From: Hypanus sabinus
Taxonomy: Eukaryota
Assembly: GCF_030144855.1 (NCBI RefSeq)
Contig: NC_082730.1
Location: forward strand, 15,066,001-15,130,000
Length of the DNA: 64,000 nucleotides
Direction of reading: 5' to 3'
Position 1 is the first letter of the stretch. The number at the start of each line of letters is the position of its first letter. A program made the position numbers and the translations under genes. Positions 1 through 12,842 of this stretch are shown here, one piece after another. The notes beneath the pieces are model-generated. The model was not told the origin of the DNA, did no database searches, and was given only the letters and a program-made list of their open reading frames with translations.

Positions 1-1554
1 TAATTCTCCTCCTATGTCTTATGATCTCACTGTCTATGGTCGTCTCTAGTTTGTGACTATCTGAGCAGCCTAGGTAAATTACTAACTGCTGAAACTGAGT
101 TTCTGATTGTTGAATAAAAAACCTCACTCACTTTGAGACATGAGCAGGGAATCCATTACTTCAATTTAAGTTTACGTACGATATGAACAAGGCTGCTGTA
201 TTTCATGATTACAACAAGGTAACTAAACCTTGGGTTTGATTGTTATTTTTGTTTTATGGTTGCCTGGAAGGAAGTAAATCTCAAAGTTGTGTATGGAATA
301 GGTTTTTTGATAATAAATATACTTCGAACTTTGAACTTTGAAATTGCAGTGCAGACTGGCTGTGATTCCATAAGCTGTCACATCTATGCAATGAAATAGA
401 ATTCTGAATTTAACCTTTCAAAAGTGTGTTCCAGTTTAGAGAGGATGCTGCAGAGTCAGAGAGTTACAGGTTATGGGTACAGGAGCTTCACTCCAAATCG
501 TCCATGCTGATTACAGTGTCTTCCTGAGCTTCTCCCATTTCCCTGCACATCTAAAACCTTCCTGTACATGAACTTGTCCAAATGTATTTTAAATAGTTTA
601 TTTTACCCTTCTCTAGCATTGCTTGTTGCAATTTTTCCATGCACACACTGCTCTGTGGAAAACACTGCCACTCCAGGCTCTCTAAGAATTTCCCCTCACT
701 CCTTGAACCGAGAGTCTCTAGTTTTCAACACCCCTACCCTGGAATAAAGACAGTGATTATCCACCATACCTTTGTCAACAAAGTAACACAATAGAATCCA
801 CTTAAAACCACACACAACAAAGGCTGACAAACAAACTATGTGCAAAAGATGACAAATCGTGAAAATAATAAAAATACTTAAACAAATAATACATAGAACA
901 TGATAGGCAGAGTCCCTGAAAGTGATTTCACAGCTGCAGAGTCAGTTCAGAGCTGTGGCGTGTGAAACTAATCCAGGGGCCTGATTGCTGTCGGACAACA
1001 ACTGTTTACGAACCCTGTGGTGTCGGCCCTAAGACTCCTGCACCTTCCACCTGATGGTAGTACCGAGAAGAGAGGGAGACGGGTCAAATACAAGCAGACA
1101 GGACAGGCTCAGGTGGGGGGGGGGGGGAGCTTGCTGGCACTGAGTATTGGGGCTGAACACCGGCTCATTTTCAAGATCCTGTTTTAAACTTAGAAAACTC
1201 ATGTCCACTCCACTATAGTGTCATCCATAACGTAGAAATCATGCTGTCTGCATTATCATTCTAATTATTAAAATTGATGACAAATAAGAGTGGTTAACAA
1301 ATAGCAGCACTGATCCCGATGGCACACCACTGGTGATAAAGTCTGACGTTGTCAGAAAACCAACACTGCACCACCACAATCTGACTCCTTACACGAAGCC
1401 TATTCAGTATCCATCCAGCGAGCTTATCATGTGATCTCACATTACAAATCAGTCTACTATGCAATGCATGGTCATAAGCCTTGCTAAACTCAACTGCTAA
1501 ATTCTAAGGTCCTGTCCTCATTAGTTCCTTTGATCATCTCTCAAAGAAAACTCA

Positions 1555-2000
1555 GTCAAATATTTATTTTTGTAATTCAAATTTTTATTATTATTTATTC
1601 TTATTTTACAAAGCAGCACAGCATATCATAGAGCAGGTACAGTACAGCATATTTATACAGCCATCCCACGACAGGAAAACATTTAAAACTAAGAAACAGA
1701 AAAATTCTAATTTAAGTTTAAATTAACATAAACCAAAATTGATCCCATGTGTCTTGCTCTTTTCCCTCACTGTTAATTCTTCCCAACATGCATTCATAAG
1801 ATGAACTCTTCATCATTCCCTCACAGTGGGACATCTGGGTTTTTTCCAGTTTTGCAATATAATTTTTGCAGCTGTGTTGAGACCCACCTTTAAAATCGTA
1901 AATATGTCATTGTTTACTTTAGGTATCAGAGGATTTACCATGCACAAAATCATGTTGACTATCCAAAATCAGATCTTACCTTTGTAAATACAGGCCTCAC
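1555..2000 (-). mobile_element. Decayed L1-clade LINE 3' end
   Basis: Minus strand reads ILKVGLNTAAKIILQNWKK (L1 ORF2 C-terminal pattern), followed by an A-rich tail; boundaries approximate. Confidence 0.55.
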
Positions 2001-2082
2001 TCAATCACCTCCAGCACGTTAGCCACCACTGATCTTATACTCACCTGCCTGGAATGTGACTGAATCAGTAATCTATTGACTC

Positions 2083-2495
2083 AGAACCATAGAACCATAG
2101 AAAATTACAGCACAGAAACAGGCCTTTTGGCCCTTCTTGGCTGTGCCGAACCATTTTCCTGCCTAGTCCCACTGACCTGCTCCTGGGTCATATCCCTGCA
2201 AACTCCTCTCATCCATATACCTGTCCAAGTTTTTCTTAAATGTCAAAAGTGAGCCAACATTCACCACTTCATCTGGCAGCTCATTCCACACTCCCACCAC
2301 TCTCTGTGTGAAGAAGCCCCCTCCAATGTTCCCTTTAAACTTATCTCCCTTCACCCTTAACCCATGACCTCTTTTTTTCTCCCCCACTCTCAGTGGAAAA
2401 AGCCTGCTTGCATTCACTCTATCTATACCCATCATAATTTTATACACCTCTATCAAATTACCCCTCATTCTTCTACACTCCAGGGAATAAGAACT
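2083..2495 (-). mobile_element. CR1 LINE 3' fragment
   Basis: ORF 2163-2531 contains the CR1 ORF2 C-terminus (RMRGNLIEVYKIM...FFTQRVVGVWNELP); (AGAACCAT)n-type tail at 2083. Confidence 0.9.
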
Positions 2496-2867
2496 GTGGA
2501 AACACACTGAAACATTATTGGGCAGTGACAATAATGACTCTAATCAAATAAAAATCATTACTTGTGAAGAATTTTGAGCCCGTGATGAGGGACGTTGCTG
2601 TTGTCTTTTTTCAGTCCATGTGGAATTCAATTATACCAATAAACAGTGTGGCAGATTCCTTAGAACACAACGACAGCTTTAAATAAAATACCTTTATTTT
2701 TACTATGATGATTGCATTTCTTATTTTTTGTGTCGATCCAATGTGATAATAACTTTGTTCTCCTTTACACCTTTGTACAGTAAATGACATGAAATGATCT
2801 GGAGTCTTGCATCTCCCTGTGTTGATTTGATTTTTCCTGTGCATTTTCTGAGAAACTTCTCCCTCAG

Positions 2868-3193
2868 TTTCAGGTGCTTTGTGGGCAGAAGATGAAGTAA
2901 GAGGAGTTGTGGGAAGAGCGGTCACAATCGATTGTCACTATGCTCCAGTGTACCGTTCACACACAAAGTATTTCTGCCGCAAGTGGGGTCGCAAGTGGGG
3001 TGCACATTGTTAGTGAATACAAATGGGCAAAATGAGCAGTCTGGAAGAGTGACAATCAGAGATAACACATCCCAGGGAATATTTACTGTTACTATGGAGA
3101 AGCTTGTCTCTAATGATAAAGGAGTTTACAGATGTGGAATTACGACATCTGGCAAGCATCCAGTGTTTGATGTGCATCTACAAGTATCTGACG
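2868..3193 (+). pseudogene. Gene A V-type Ig exon, +5 nt frameshift
   Basis: ccctcag|TT TCA GGT...GAC G|gtagg. Reads [25 protein letters not shown]...YFCRKWGRK then [10 protein letters not shown]...DKGVYRCG...LQVSD. 326 nt versus 321 in paralogs; CGCAAGTGGGGT x2 at 2978-3001; TAG at 3011-3013 in the 5' frame. Confidence 0.92.
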
Positions 3194-3516
3194 GTAGGTT
3201 TCTCATTGATTCACTTGATATCTCCACTGAAATGTCTGATTCATGTTTTCTCTTGGAAGCGTCAGGGCAGCAGGAATATCCTGAAGCTCCACAACAGTAC
3301 AGAGCCCTGTGGGGAATGGACAAGTGTAAAGAAACCCCCCTCATGTTGCTCTCACCCAGTTCAGGGTCTGACCCACTGATGAGACACCAATTTCCAGTGG
3401 AAGGCTCGGCACACGTTCCTAGCTCTGAACTCCATGAAACATCGCCCCGTCAAAAGAGGAGGTGTTTGCCATCCTGAGGCAAATCAATGTGAATATATCC
3501 CCAGGGCCTGCTAATT

Positions 3517-4570
3517 AGACAGATAGACGGACAGACATACTTTATTGATCCCGAGGGAAATTGGGTTTCATTACAGCCGCACCAAGAATAGTGAAGAAAT
3601 ATAGCAAAATAAAACTATAAATAATTAAATAATAATGTTAATCTTGCCAAGTGGAAATAAGTCCAGGACCAGCCTATTGGCTCAGGGTGTCTGAAACTCA
3701 GAGGGAGGAGTTGTAAAGTTTGATGGCCACAGGCAGGAATGACTTCCTATGACGCTCAGTGTTACATGTCTGTGGAATGAGTCTCTGGCTGAACGTACTC
3801 CTGTGCCTAACCAGTACATTATGAAGTGGATGGGAGTCATTGTCCAAGATGGCATGCAACTTGGACAGCAGCCTCTTTTCAGACAACACCGTCAGAGAGT
3901 CCAGTTCCACCCCCACAACATCACTGGCCTTACAAATGAGTTTGTTGATTCTGTTGGTGTCTGCTACCCTCAGCCTGCTGCCACAGCACACAACAGCAAA
4001 CATGATAGCACTGGCCACCACAGCCTCATAGAATATCCTCAGCATCGTCCAGCAGATGTTAAAGGACCTCAGTCTCCTCAGGAAATAGAGACGGCTCTGC
4101 CCCTTCTTGTAGACAGCCTCAGTGTTCTTTGACCAGTCCAGTTTATTGTCAATTCGTATCCCTAGATATTTGTAATCCTCCACCATGTCCACGCTGACCC
4201 CTTGGATGAAAACAGGGGTCATTGGTGCCTTAGCCCTCCTCAGGTCCACCACCAGCTCCTTAGTATTTTTCACATTAATCTGCAGATGATTCTGCTCACA
4301 CCATATGACAAAGTTTCCCACCGTAGCCCTGTACTCAGCCTCATCTCCCTTGCTGATGCATCCAACTATGGCAGAGTCATCAGAAAGCTTCTGAAGATGG
4401 CAAGAGTCTGTGTTGTAGTTGAAATCCGAGGAGTAGATGGTGAAGAGAAAGGGAGACAGGACAGTCTCCTGTGGAGCCCCAGTGCTGCTGACCGCTCTGT
4501 CTGACACACAGTGTTGCAAGCGCACGTACTGAGGTCTGCCAGTCAGGCAATCAATAATCCATGACACCAG
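3517..4570 (-). mobile_element. Rex1/Babar-type non-LTR retrotransposon 3' part
   Basis: ORF 3698-4567: RT motifs GAPQETVLSPFLFTIY, KLSDDSAIVG, NVKNTKELVVDLRR, then the conserved C-terminal region; AATAAA and microsatellite tail. Confidence 0.88.
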
Positions 4571-7200
4571 GGGTTTCCTCTGACCTTACTGGAGGCAACT
4601 GCAGAGTTTACCAGGGCCCTGGCAGACATATTTAAACAATTCTTAGTGACAGGAGAGGTACCAGAAGACTGGAGTGTGGCCAATGCTGTTCTGCTGTTTA
4701 AACAAGGTTCTTAACATAAACCAGGAAGTTCTAGGGCAGTGACGATCAGATGTAGAAAAGTTATTGGAAGGTATTCTAAGAGTTTGGATGTATATAATAT
4801 TTGGATAGACACGGACTGAATAATCATAGTCAGCACAGCTTTGTGCGTGGTAGTTTACGTCTAACTAACCTTATAAAGTTTGTGAGGAGGTTCCCAGGAA
4901 AGTGGATGAAGGCAAGACAGTGGATGTTGTTCACATGGACTTTAGCAAGGCTTTCACTGAAACCCTGCATGGGTGGTTGGTTAACAAAGTTCAATCGCTG
5001 AGCATTCAAAATGAGGTGGTAAATTGCATAGACATTGCCTTTGTGGGAGAAGCCAAAGAGTGGTATTAGAAAGTTACCTCTCTGACTTGAGGCCTGTGAC
5101 TAGTGGAGTGTCGCAGGGACTGGAGCTGGGTCCATTATTGTTTGAATCTGTAGTGGTGATCTGGATGATAATGTAAACAGCATCAGCAACTTTGTGAATG
5201 ACACCAGGACTGGGGATGGTGCATTGGACCATGAGGAAGGTGATCATGGCTTGCAGAGAGATCTGCAACAGATGGAAAAATGGGCGGACAAATGGCAGAT
5301 GGAATTTAATGCGGACAAGTGTGAGGTTTAGCACTTCGGTAGGACCAACCAGGGTAGGTCTTACACAGAAAATGGTAGGGCTCTGAGGAGTGTGGTAGAA
5401 CAAAGGGAATACTGGTCAATAATTTTTGTAAGTTGTGTCACAGTAAGATAGGATTGTAAAGAAAGCTTTTGGCACATTGACCATCATAAATCAATGTATT
5501 GAGTACAATAGATGGATGTCATGTTGAAGTTGTATAACATGTTGGTGAAGCGAAATTTGAAGTATTGTGTGCAGTTTTGGTCACCTACCTGGAGGAGAGA
5601 TGTAAATGAGGTTGAAAAAGTACAGAGAAAATTTACAAATATTTTGCCAGGTCTGAAGGACCTTATCTAGAAGGAAAGAATGACTAGGTTATGCCTGTAT
5701 TACTTACAACGTAGAAGCTGGATAGGAGATTTGATGGAGGTGCACAAAATTATGAGGGGTATAGAAAGGGCAAATGGAAGCAGGCATTTTCCACCAAGGT
5801 TGTGTAGAAGAACAACCAGTGGTCATGGGTTAAAGGTAAAAAGTTTAAAGGGAACATGAAGGGAAACTTTTTCAGTCAGAGGATCTTAAGTGTGAGGAAT
5901 GAGCTGTCAGCGCAGGTGGTCTGTGCAAGCTTAATTTCAATAAGAGAAATTTGGATTGGTGTATGGATGTTAGGGTTTGGAGGGTAATTGTCCCAGTGCA
6001 GGTGGATGTGAGTAGGCAGGTTAAATGGTTTAGCATGGATTAAATGGGCTGAAGGGCCTGTTTCTGTGCTAAATTACTCCATGACTCTGTAGCATGCAGT
6101 CCACATCCCTCCAATCCCTGCCTTTTCATGTCCTTGTGCAAAAGCCTCTTAAATATAGTTCTTATCTGTTTCCTCCAGTTGGTCTGACAATGGGATCCAC
6201 GCATTCACCAACAACTTGTCTCGCAAAAGTCCTTTAAACTTTCCCCCTATCACCTTAAAACTATGTTCACTATTATGCAATATTTTAACCTTGGAAAATA
6301 TGTCTAATTATCTTCCCTATCTTTGACTTCTCTAACTTTATAAACCTCTATCAGTTCGCACCTCAGCCTCCTGAACTCCATTGAAAACAATCTAAGTTTG
6401 TCCAATTTCTGCCCACAGCTAACACACTCCAATCCAGGTGACATCCTGATGAACCTCTTCACCCTCTCCAAAAACATCCACATCCTTTTTATCGGGTTGC
6501 CAATAGAAGCACACATTATGTTCTAATTGTGCTCTAAACAAAGTTTTATGAAGCTACAAAATGCCCTGTCAGATTGAGTCTCCAACATGTAGAATGAAGA
6601 AGGTAAATGTGCTGAATGCTTTCATTACCATTATGTCCAGTTGTGTTGCCACTTTCAGGGAGCAATGGACTTGTACCCCGAGAACTCTCTGTACATCAGT
6701 TCTAAAGGGATACATCTGTTAAATTCCAAGTGACGTCAAACTCCCTGAATTTGTGAGCACCATTTGATGGCTCTGGGCCCGTCCTTGCTGGAGTTTAGAA
6801 GAATGATTGGATTTTATTGAAAGCTATTGAGCTTTGCCAAGCCCAGTGGATGTGAAGAGAGGTTTCCAACAGGGTGGCATCTAGGACCAGAAGGCACAGG
6901 CTCAGAATAGAAGGATGACCCTTTAAAAGAGAGATGAGGAGGAACTTTTTCAGCCAGAGGCTGGTGAATCTGTGAAATTCATTGTGACGAGTAGCTGTGG
7001 AGGTTAAGTCATTGGGTATATTTAAAATGCAATTTCATAGGTTCTTAATTAGTAAGGGCATCAAAGGATACGGGGAGAAGGCAGGAGAATAGATTTAGAG
7101 GGATAATAAATCAGCCATGATGGAATTGTGGAGCAGATTCAATGGAGAGAGTGGCCTAACTCTGCTCCAATGTTTCATGGTGTTATGGTCTATGATCTCA
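4570..7200. mobile_element. Cluster of decayed CR1 fragments (+ 4570-6035, - 6085-6715, + 6770-7200)
   Basis: Fragmentary CR1 RT/C-terminal peptides (e.g. NADKCEV, ORF 6304-6516 FSMEFRRLRCELIEVYK); boundaries approximate. Confidence 0.8.
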
Positions 7201-7651
7201 CATGATTCCTTGTTGGCTTTATATAGTTATCAGTCCCTTGCTGCTGTAGGTCACTGAAAGCAAATCACAATTACACTCTCTCTTTAAAGTCACCATTCAT
7301 TTTGTATGTATCTGACAATTTCCTGCTTTCAGATTAGGGTGAGTTTTCCAGGACACACACAAATGTTGCCATTGCGAAGTCACACTGTTAGGTCTCACTT
7401 CAGACTGTCTCCTTGCAGCTGAGAGAAACTGAAGCTCAGATTTTCACACTGACACTGTTGTTCTGATCAAGAATCCTGTTGTTTTCAGTGATACTGACAG
7501 ACATGGCAGTTCAGGCAGATGTGAGGATGCAGAGACACAGTGAGCTAGATGAGCTGCTGAAATTCCAAACTTGTGGGTTCTGGTTGAAATACAAACTGCT
7601 GATATCTTTAGTGTGTTTGATTTTCAGATGCACACTGATTCTTTCCCACAG

Positions 7652-7965
7652 AACTCGTGTCTGATCCTTTGCTTCAATTTTCTCCACCAACAAGTGGCTC
7701 AAGTTGTGGGGACTCCGTGTCAGTGAGTCTGTCCATGGATCCCTTCCCATTCAGTACTCATGGTATGAAAAGACGCCATCTGGGGATTCAAAGATCTCTG
7801 ACACCAACAAACTGGATCTACATTGTCAATCCTTAAAATACAAAAAATATGTGTACTATTGCAAAGCCTCAAATGTTAATGGAGAAGAGTCCAGTGAAAT
7901 GGTCAATGTGTCCATCTCCAACAGTGTCAGCACCTGCAGAAATGTGATTGAAGTCAACAGCACGG
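7652..7965 (+). pseudogene. Gene A C2-type (FcRL/PECAM-like) Ig exon, -7 nt frameshift removing the B-strand Cys
   Basis: cccacag|AA CTC GTG...ACG G|gtaagt. 314 nt versus 321 in paralogs; GTG TCA GT/GAG TCT at 7717-7730 lacks the S-C codons; GSLPIQYSWY and YYCKASN motifs present. Confidence 0.9.
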
Positions 7966-8246
7966 GTAAGTGATGCAGGGGTTGATTCTTTATGATGGTC
8001 GATGTAGTACAACTGAATGACTGATGCGTGTTGGATATTGTGTTGTTGGAACACTCTCAGGAGCATGAAGTGTATATTGTCACCACCTTTCAGAGAATGA
8101 AAAACTTTTCAGCACAGCAGTTCAAATGTGAGTCACTCACCACAGTGTCTCCAGCCTCTGATCTGATCTCACTGGCTGGGTGTGAATGTGACTCATCTGG
8201 CAATATTTCCAGACATTAATTAAGATAGTCCTTCCAGGAATAACCA

Positions 8247-8710
8247 CTTCAAAGTTCAAAGTAAATTTATCGTCATAGTACATATATGTCATCATAATTT
8301 ACTCTGAGATCCATTTTCTTGCAGGCATTCACAGTAGATACAAATAAATACAATAGAATCAATGCCAAACTACATATAATCAAAGATGGACAAAAAACCA
8401 AAAGAAGAAAATCTGTGCAAATATAAAAGAAAAAAATGATTAATAATAAAATTAATAAATAAAACAAACTGAAAACGTAAGTTGCAGAGTCCTTGAAAGT
8501 GTCCACTGGTTGTGGAATCTGTTGAAGTGAGTGAAGGTATCCATGCTGGTTCAGCAGCCTGATAGTTGAAGGGTAATAACTGTTTCTGAACCCGGTGGGG
8601 TGAGACCACCTCCTCACTGGCAGCAGCGTGAAGCAAGCATGGCCTGAATGGTCGCAGTCCTTGATGATAGATGCAGCTTTTTCATGGCAATGTTCCTTGT
8701 AGACTTTTAT
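8247..8710 (-). repeat. Rex/L2-type 3' end repeat with AATAAATTTACTTTGAACTTTGAA tail (related copies near 310, 9330, 47230-47460, 48170, 58300, 58690)
   Basis: ORF 8273-8716 contains PTGFRNSYYPSTIRLLN, the same C-terminal motif class as Rex1; tail recurs across the window. Confidence 0.7.
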
Positions 8711-11700
8711 CCACATTTGCTCTGCCTGTATTTATAAGCAACTATCCGTTCTGTATTTTATGGCAAATAGACTGAATCATAAAATCAAAGCAGTTGTATC
8801 TTGATGAAAAGTACAGAAATCACATGGATTGTGAATGTCTGTGTCCTGAAAGCCAACATATCTTTTCCTGGCAAGTGGGATTGTGAAATGTGACCTCAAA
8901 AATCTATGCATCCTCGTTCACTGAGTCTCCAAGCAGAAGTGTGGAAAAAAGGAGCTCAAGTGAATTCTATGGTGAGCAGTTTCAAGGATAGAAACATTAT
9001 TGAAGAGGGTAGGTTTATATTGGAACCACTGAAACACTCAACCACTGGGGCTTGGATTGCCTTATTTCCCCTATTCAGTGAATTGAAAATTCTTGGGCAA
9101 AAATATTAGTATTGCTTAGACTGGCAAAAACAGGAAGGTAGATAATTACCTGGATGGCAATAGAATAGAAAAAGGGGGAATGTTTTGCGTGTCCTTGTAC
9201 ATCTTTCACTGAACGGAAACATGCAGATGCAGCAGGGCATAAAGAATGCAAATTGTATTCAGATTTTCAGAGCGAAGATCCAAGGAAAGGAACAAGCATG
9301 AAACACTACATTGAGACAGAGCCATTATCATTTGGTACCAAAGTTCAAAGTATAATTTTTTATCGATGTATACCATATACAACCTTGAAATTTGTCTCTT
9401 TCCTGATAGCCACAACAAAAAGAAACCCAATGGAACCTATCAAAAAAAGACCATCAACCACCCAATGTACAAAAAATAAACTAATCAATCAAACAATAAT
9501 AGTAAGCAAATAACATTCAAAACTGAAGTTCATACAAGTGAGTCCCCAGCCATGAAGCCAGTCACAGCCAATCTCAGAGCCCGTTAGTTGCAGGCCTCAG
9601 CCTCAGTTCAGTGCAGAGATGAGTAAACACTGTGGAGAAGTTAGCCTCACATCAGCCCGTCCCTCACGTCCAGCCTTGACCACCCTGAACTTTTCAATCT
9701 GGCTCCGTGTTTAAGTAAGCCAATCCGAACGTTGTTCCTCACACTTACACTCAGGCCCTGTCGCTCGATGTGCTCTCATGCTCGGGACCCGCTGACTCGA
9801 TTCAATTTATACCCAAACTTTCTATTCTGGCCCAAAGCTTAAATCAGTGAGACATCAAATTGTTCCTTACTCTCGGCTACTAGAACTGTGTGCAGATCTG
9901 GTCCGATGAAAGATGTTCTTGTTATAGGTGAGCAGTTCATTCCTCGCTCTCTGACACGTGGCCCTGCCACTTCGATATGCTCTCATGCCCAGAACTCAAT
10001 GCCTTGATTAGGCCCATAGCAGACATTTCCAATCTGGCTCAGCACCCAAATTCATCTCAGGGAACCAGCGTTATGTGCAGTTTTGGTCCGATGACAAATG
10101 TTCTTGTTCTGGACAGAGCTGAGCAAAAGACCAGCAGACTGATTTCTGGAATGTCACAAGTGACAAAAGATCAGAGGTTTCATTAACGAGGATTTTATTT
10201 GCTGCAGTTTAGAAGGTTGAGAGGTGATCTCATAGAAATCTGCAATATTTTAGCCGGGTGATACAGATTCATGTTAGATGCTTCCAATGCCAGGGAATAC
10301 AGGATTGTCTCCGGACTCTAAGAATAATCTAAAGGGTGAGTCATTTAAGACTGAGATTAGGAAAGGTTCTTTCTCCCAGAAAGTGGTGAACCTGTATTTA
10401 AGAAAGATTTGAGTTATTTTTCTCAGAGGTAGAGAGATCAAAAGATATGGGAAACAGTTAGTCTCCCAGAGATCTCCAGGTTCTATTATTCTACGCCCAG
10501 AACATAAAGAATCAGCACAAGAAAGAAATAGATGCATTGCTGGCCATTTCTAATTTCAATGGGTTGGGAGGAAGATAACAACTCTATTTTTAAAAAGCGG
10601 TAGAGATAAAAGAGGAAATTATAGAGCAATTAGCCTGACATTGGTGATAGGAAGAAGAACAAAAGGCAAAGCCAATGTATTGAATTGCTCTTGGGTTTCT
10701 TTGTGCCCATTATAAACTCCCCCAACTCTGTCTGTTACTTGTTTTAATTCACAGTCTCTTTATGTACTGATTGAAGCGTTCATGTAAGTATATATATTCC
10801 CTACAAACCTCTCATTTTCTAAAGTTTCAATGTTTTAATCAATTGCTTTGCTTGATTTTGAATTCTGAACTTTTTCTTTGCAGCTTTTGCTGAACGTGAC
10901 ATATTTCCTTGGATCTAATTAATTCACAAGTTTCTTTTGAACGTCATGCATGGTCATCAAAAAGCTTCTGAGGGGATCGCTTTAATAATGAAATATTCCC
11001 TGGGGGATGGTTGGAGTTCATGTTGAAAGGAATGTTTCACAGGCTACAGGGTCTGGAATGGGGAAAATTCCAGGAGAATATTGATCATCATTTTGTTATT
11101 GTACATTTTGTTAAGTCTATTACTCTGTGCAGTTTGAACGGATGTTTCAGAAATGAAGAGCTTTATTTAAATACCAGAGTGCTAACTGGAGGGTTAGAAA
11201 CTCTCCCACCAGCAAGAAAATCAGCAGAATTATATGCACAGAAAATTATTGCCAGGATTTTACGACTGCTTCTGAGAATGGTTGAGGTTTCTGTCACTAG
11301 TGCAAATACAGAAAGCTAGAGATATATTTTACACACACATTGTACAAATGATTGAATTTAATTGGAGTTTGTATTGAGGAGCAGTTTATTGAATATACTT
11401 CCAAATTCAAAAGCTCATTGCCCCAATGGGTGAAACCATCTCAATCTTTCTTCTACCCATCCTCTTGGTTCTCTGCCATTCCACACCTGAAGTGAAATTC
11501 CATCACTTCATTTATTCAGCAATACAGCATGGTATTGCATGGAATTGCATGGTATTCCAGCCCTTTGAGACATGCTGCCCCAGCAAACCCTACGAAACCC
11601 AATTAACCCTAACTGAATTATGGGACAATTTACAATGACCAATTTCTTTACTCAGTTGTCTTTGGATTCTGGGAAGAAACCAGAGGACCCGGAGAAAATT

Positions 11701-12590
11701 CACACATTCCACAGGGAGGACATACCGAGATTCCTTACAGAGCAGTGGCAGAATTGAACTCCAAGCTTTGGAATGCCCTGAACTGTAATAGCATCACTCT
11801 AACTGCTGAGCTACCATGGCACACAGGGTACATTGACTTTCTGTTTATTGTTTTAAAAGACTTTGTCTTTTCATTGAGAAAACTTCCTGCATTATCCTGT
11901 TGGACAAAAAGTGAAATTGAACCATTATCTCCTGAATGCTCAAGTACAGTTATGACCATGCCCCTGCAGTAGGTGATGGGGCCCCGGAAAGAGGTCTCCC
12001 CATGGCTGGCAGAGGCCAGCTCCCTGGCTGGAACTTTCCCTTATGATTAGGATTACAGTTCCCTCAGTCCAAGTCCCCAGCAGCATCACCAGTGCCTGAA
12101 TATGGGAAAGAATCCAAATTGTAAGTGAATGTAATTGGGTGCTCAGGAGAACAGCAATAAGCATAACGCTGTTACAGAGCCAGTGATCAGCGATCGGGGC
12201 CCAATTCCCACCACTGTTGCACGTTGTTTGTGCACTCTCCCTGTGACTGTGTGGGTTTCCTCTGGGTGCTCTAATTTCCTCTTACATTCCAAAGGCACAC
12301 AGGAAAGTATTAGTAATTCAAAGGCAAGCCATTTTGGTGCTGGAAGTGGAACACTTGCAGGCTTCCCCCAGAACATATTCTGTGTTGGTTGTTATTGCTA
12401 TTGATGCATTGCACTGTGTGATCTGATATACATGTGACAAATAAATTCTCACCTTTAATCTGTAAATGTGTATTGGATAACAGATCACCTTTGGTCCACC
12501 ATGCTCAGGTACCCATTGGTCTAACAATTGTGCTCTCTTGTTTTTGCAAGTAGAAAGTAGATAAAATTTAATTTGATCTTCTTTTAACAG

Positions 12591-12666
12591 GGCCAATCCA
12601 TCTCTGTGAAAATACTGTGGCAGAATCTATAACTACACAAGGGGATGAATCTACATCAGATGAAAT
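12591..12666 (+). CDS. Gene A stalk exon (GPIHLCENTVAESITTQGDESTSDE)
   Basis: ttttaacag|GG CCA...GAA AT|gtaaag, phase 1 to 2; homologous to 39363-39420. Confidence 0.85.
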
Positions 12667-12842
12667 GTAAAGTATAAGTTTCTCTCTAAGGGTGGTTTCA
12701 CTGCTACTCCTTCCAAATAGAGCCAGTTGGGAGAGAAACTGTTATTATAAACATCTAACATGATTAACTGCAATGAAATGATGTGTTAGAAACTGATTTT
12801 CTTCTACAGGTGTCAAGCCTGAGATCAAAGATAATTTTCTTA

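Noticed and set aside
2932-3477. 181-aa ORF as a standalone gene
   Set aside because: It is the 3' frame of the frameshifted V exon plus intron read-through
12665-12672. Read-through of all three stalk donors gives an immediate stop (ATG TAA / AGG TAA), suggesting IgM-like secreted forms
   Set aside because: Any phase-2 GTAA donor does this automatically, and no clear nearby AATAAA was seen, so it is not evidence by itself
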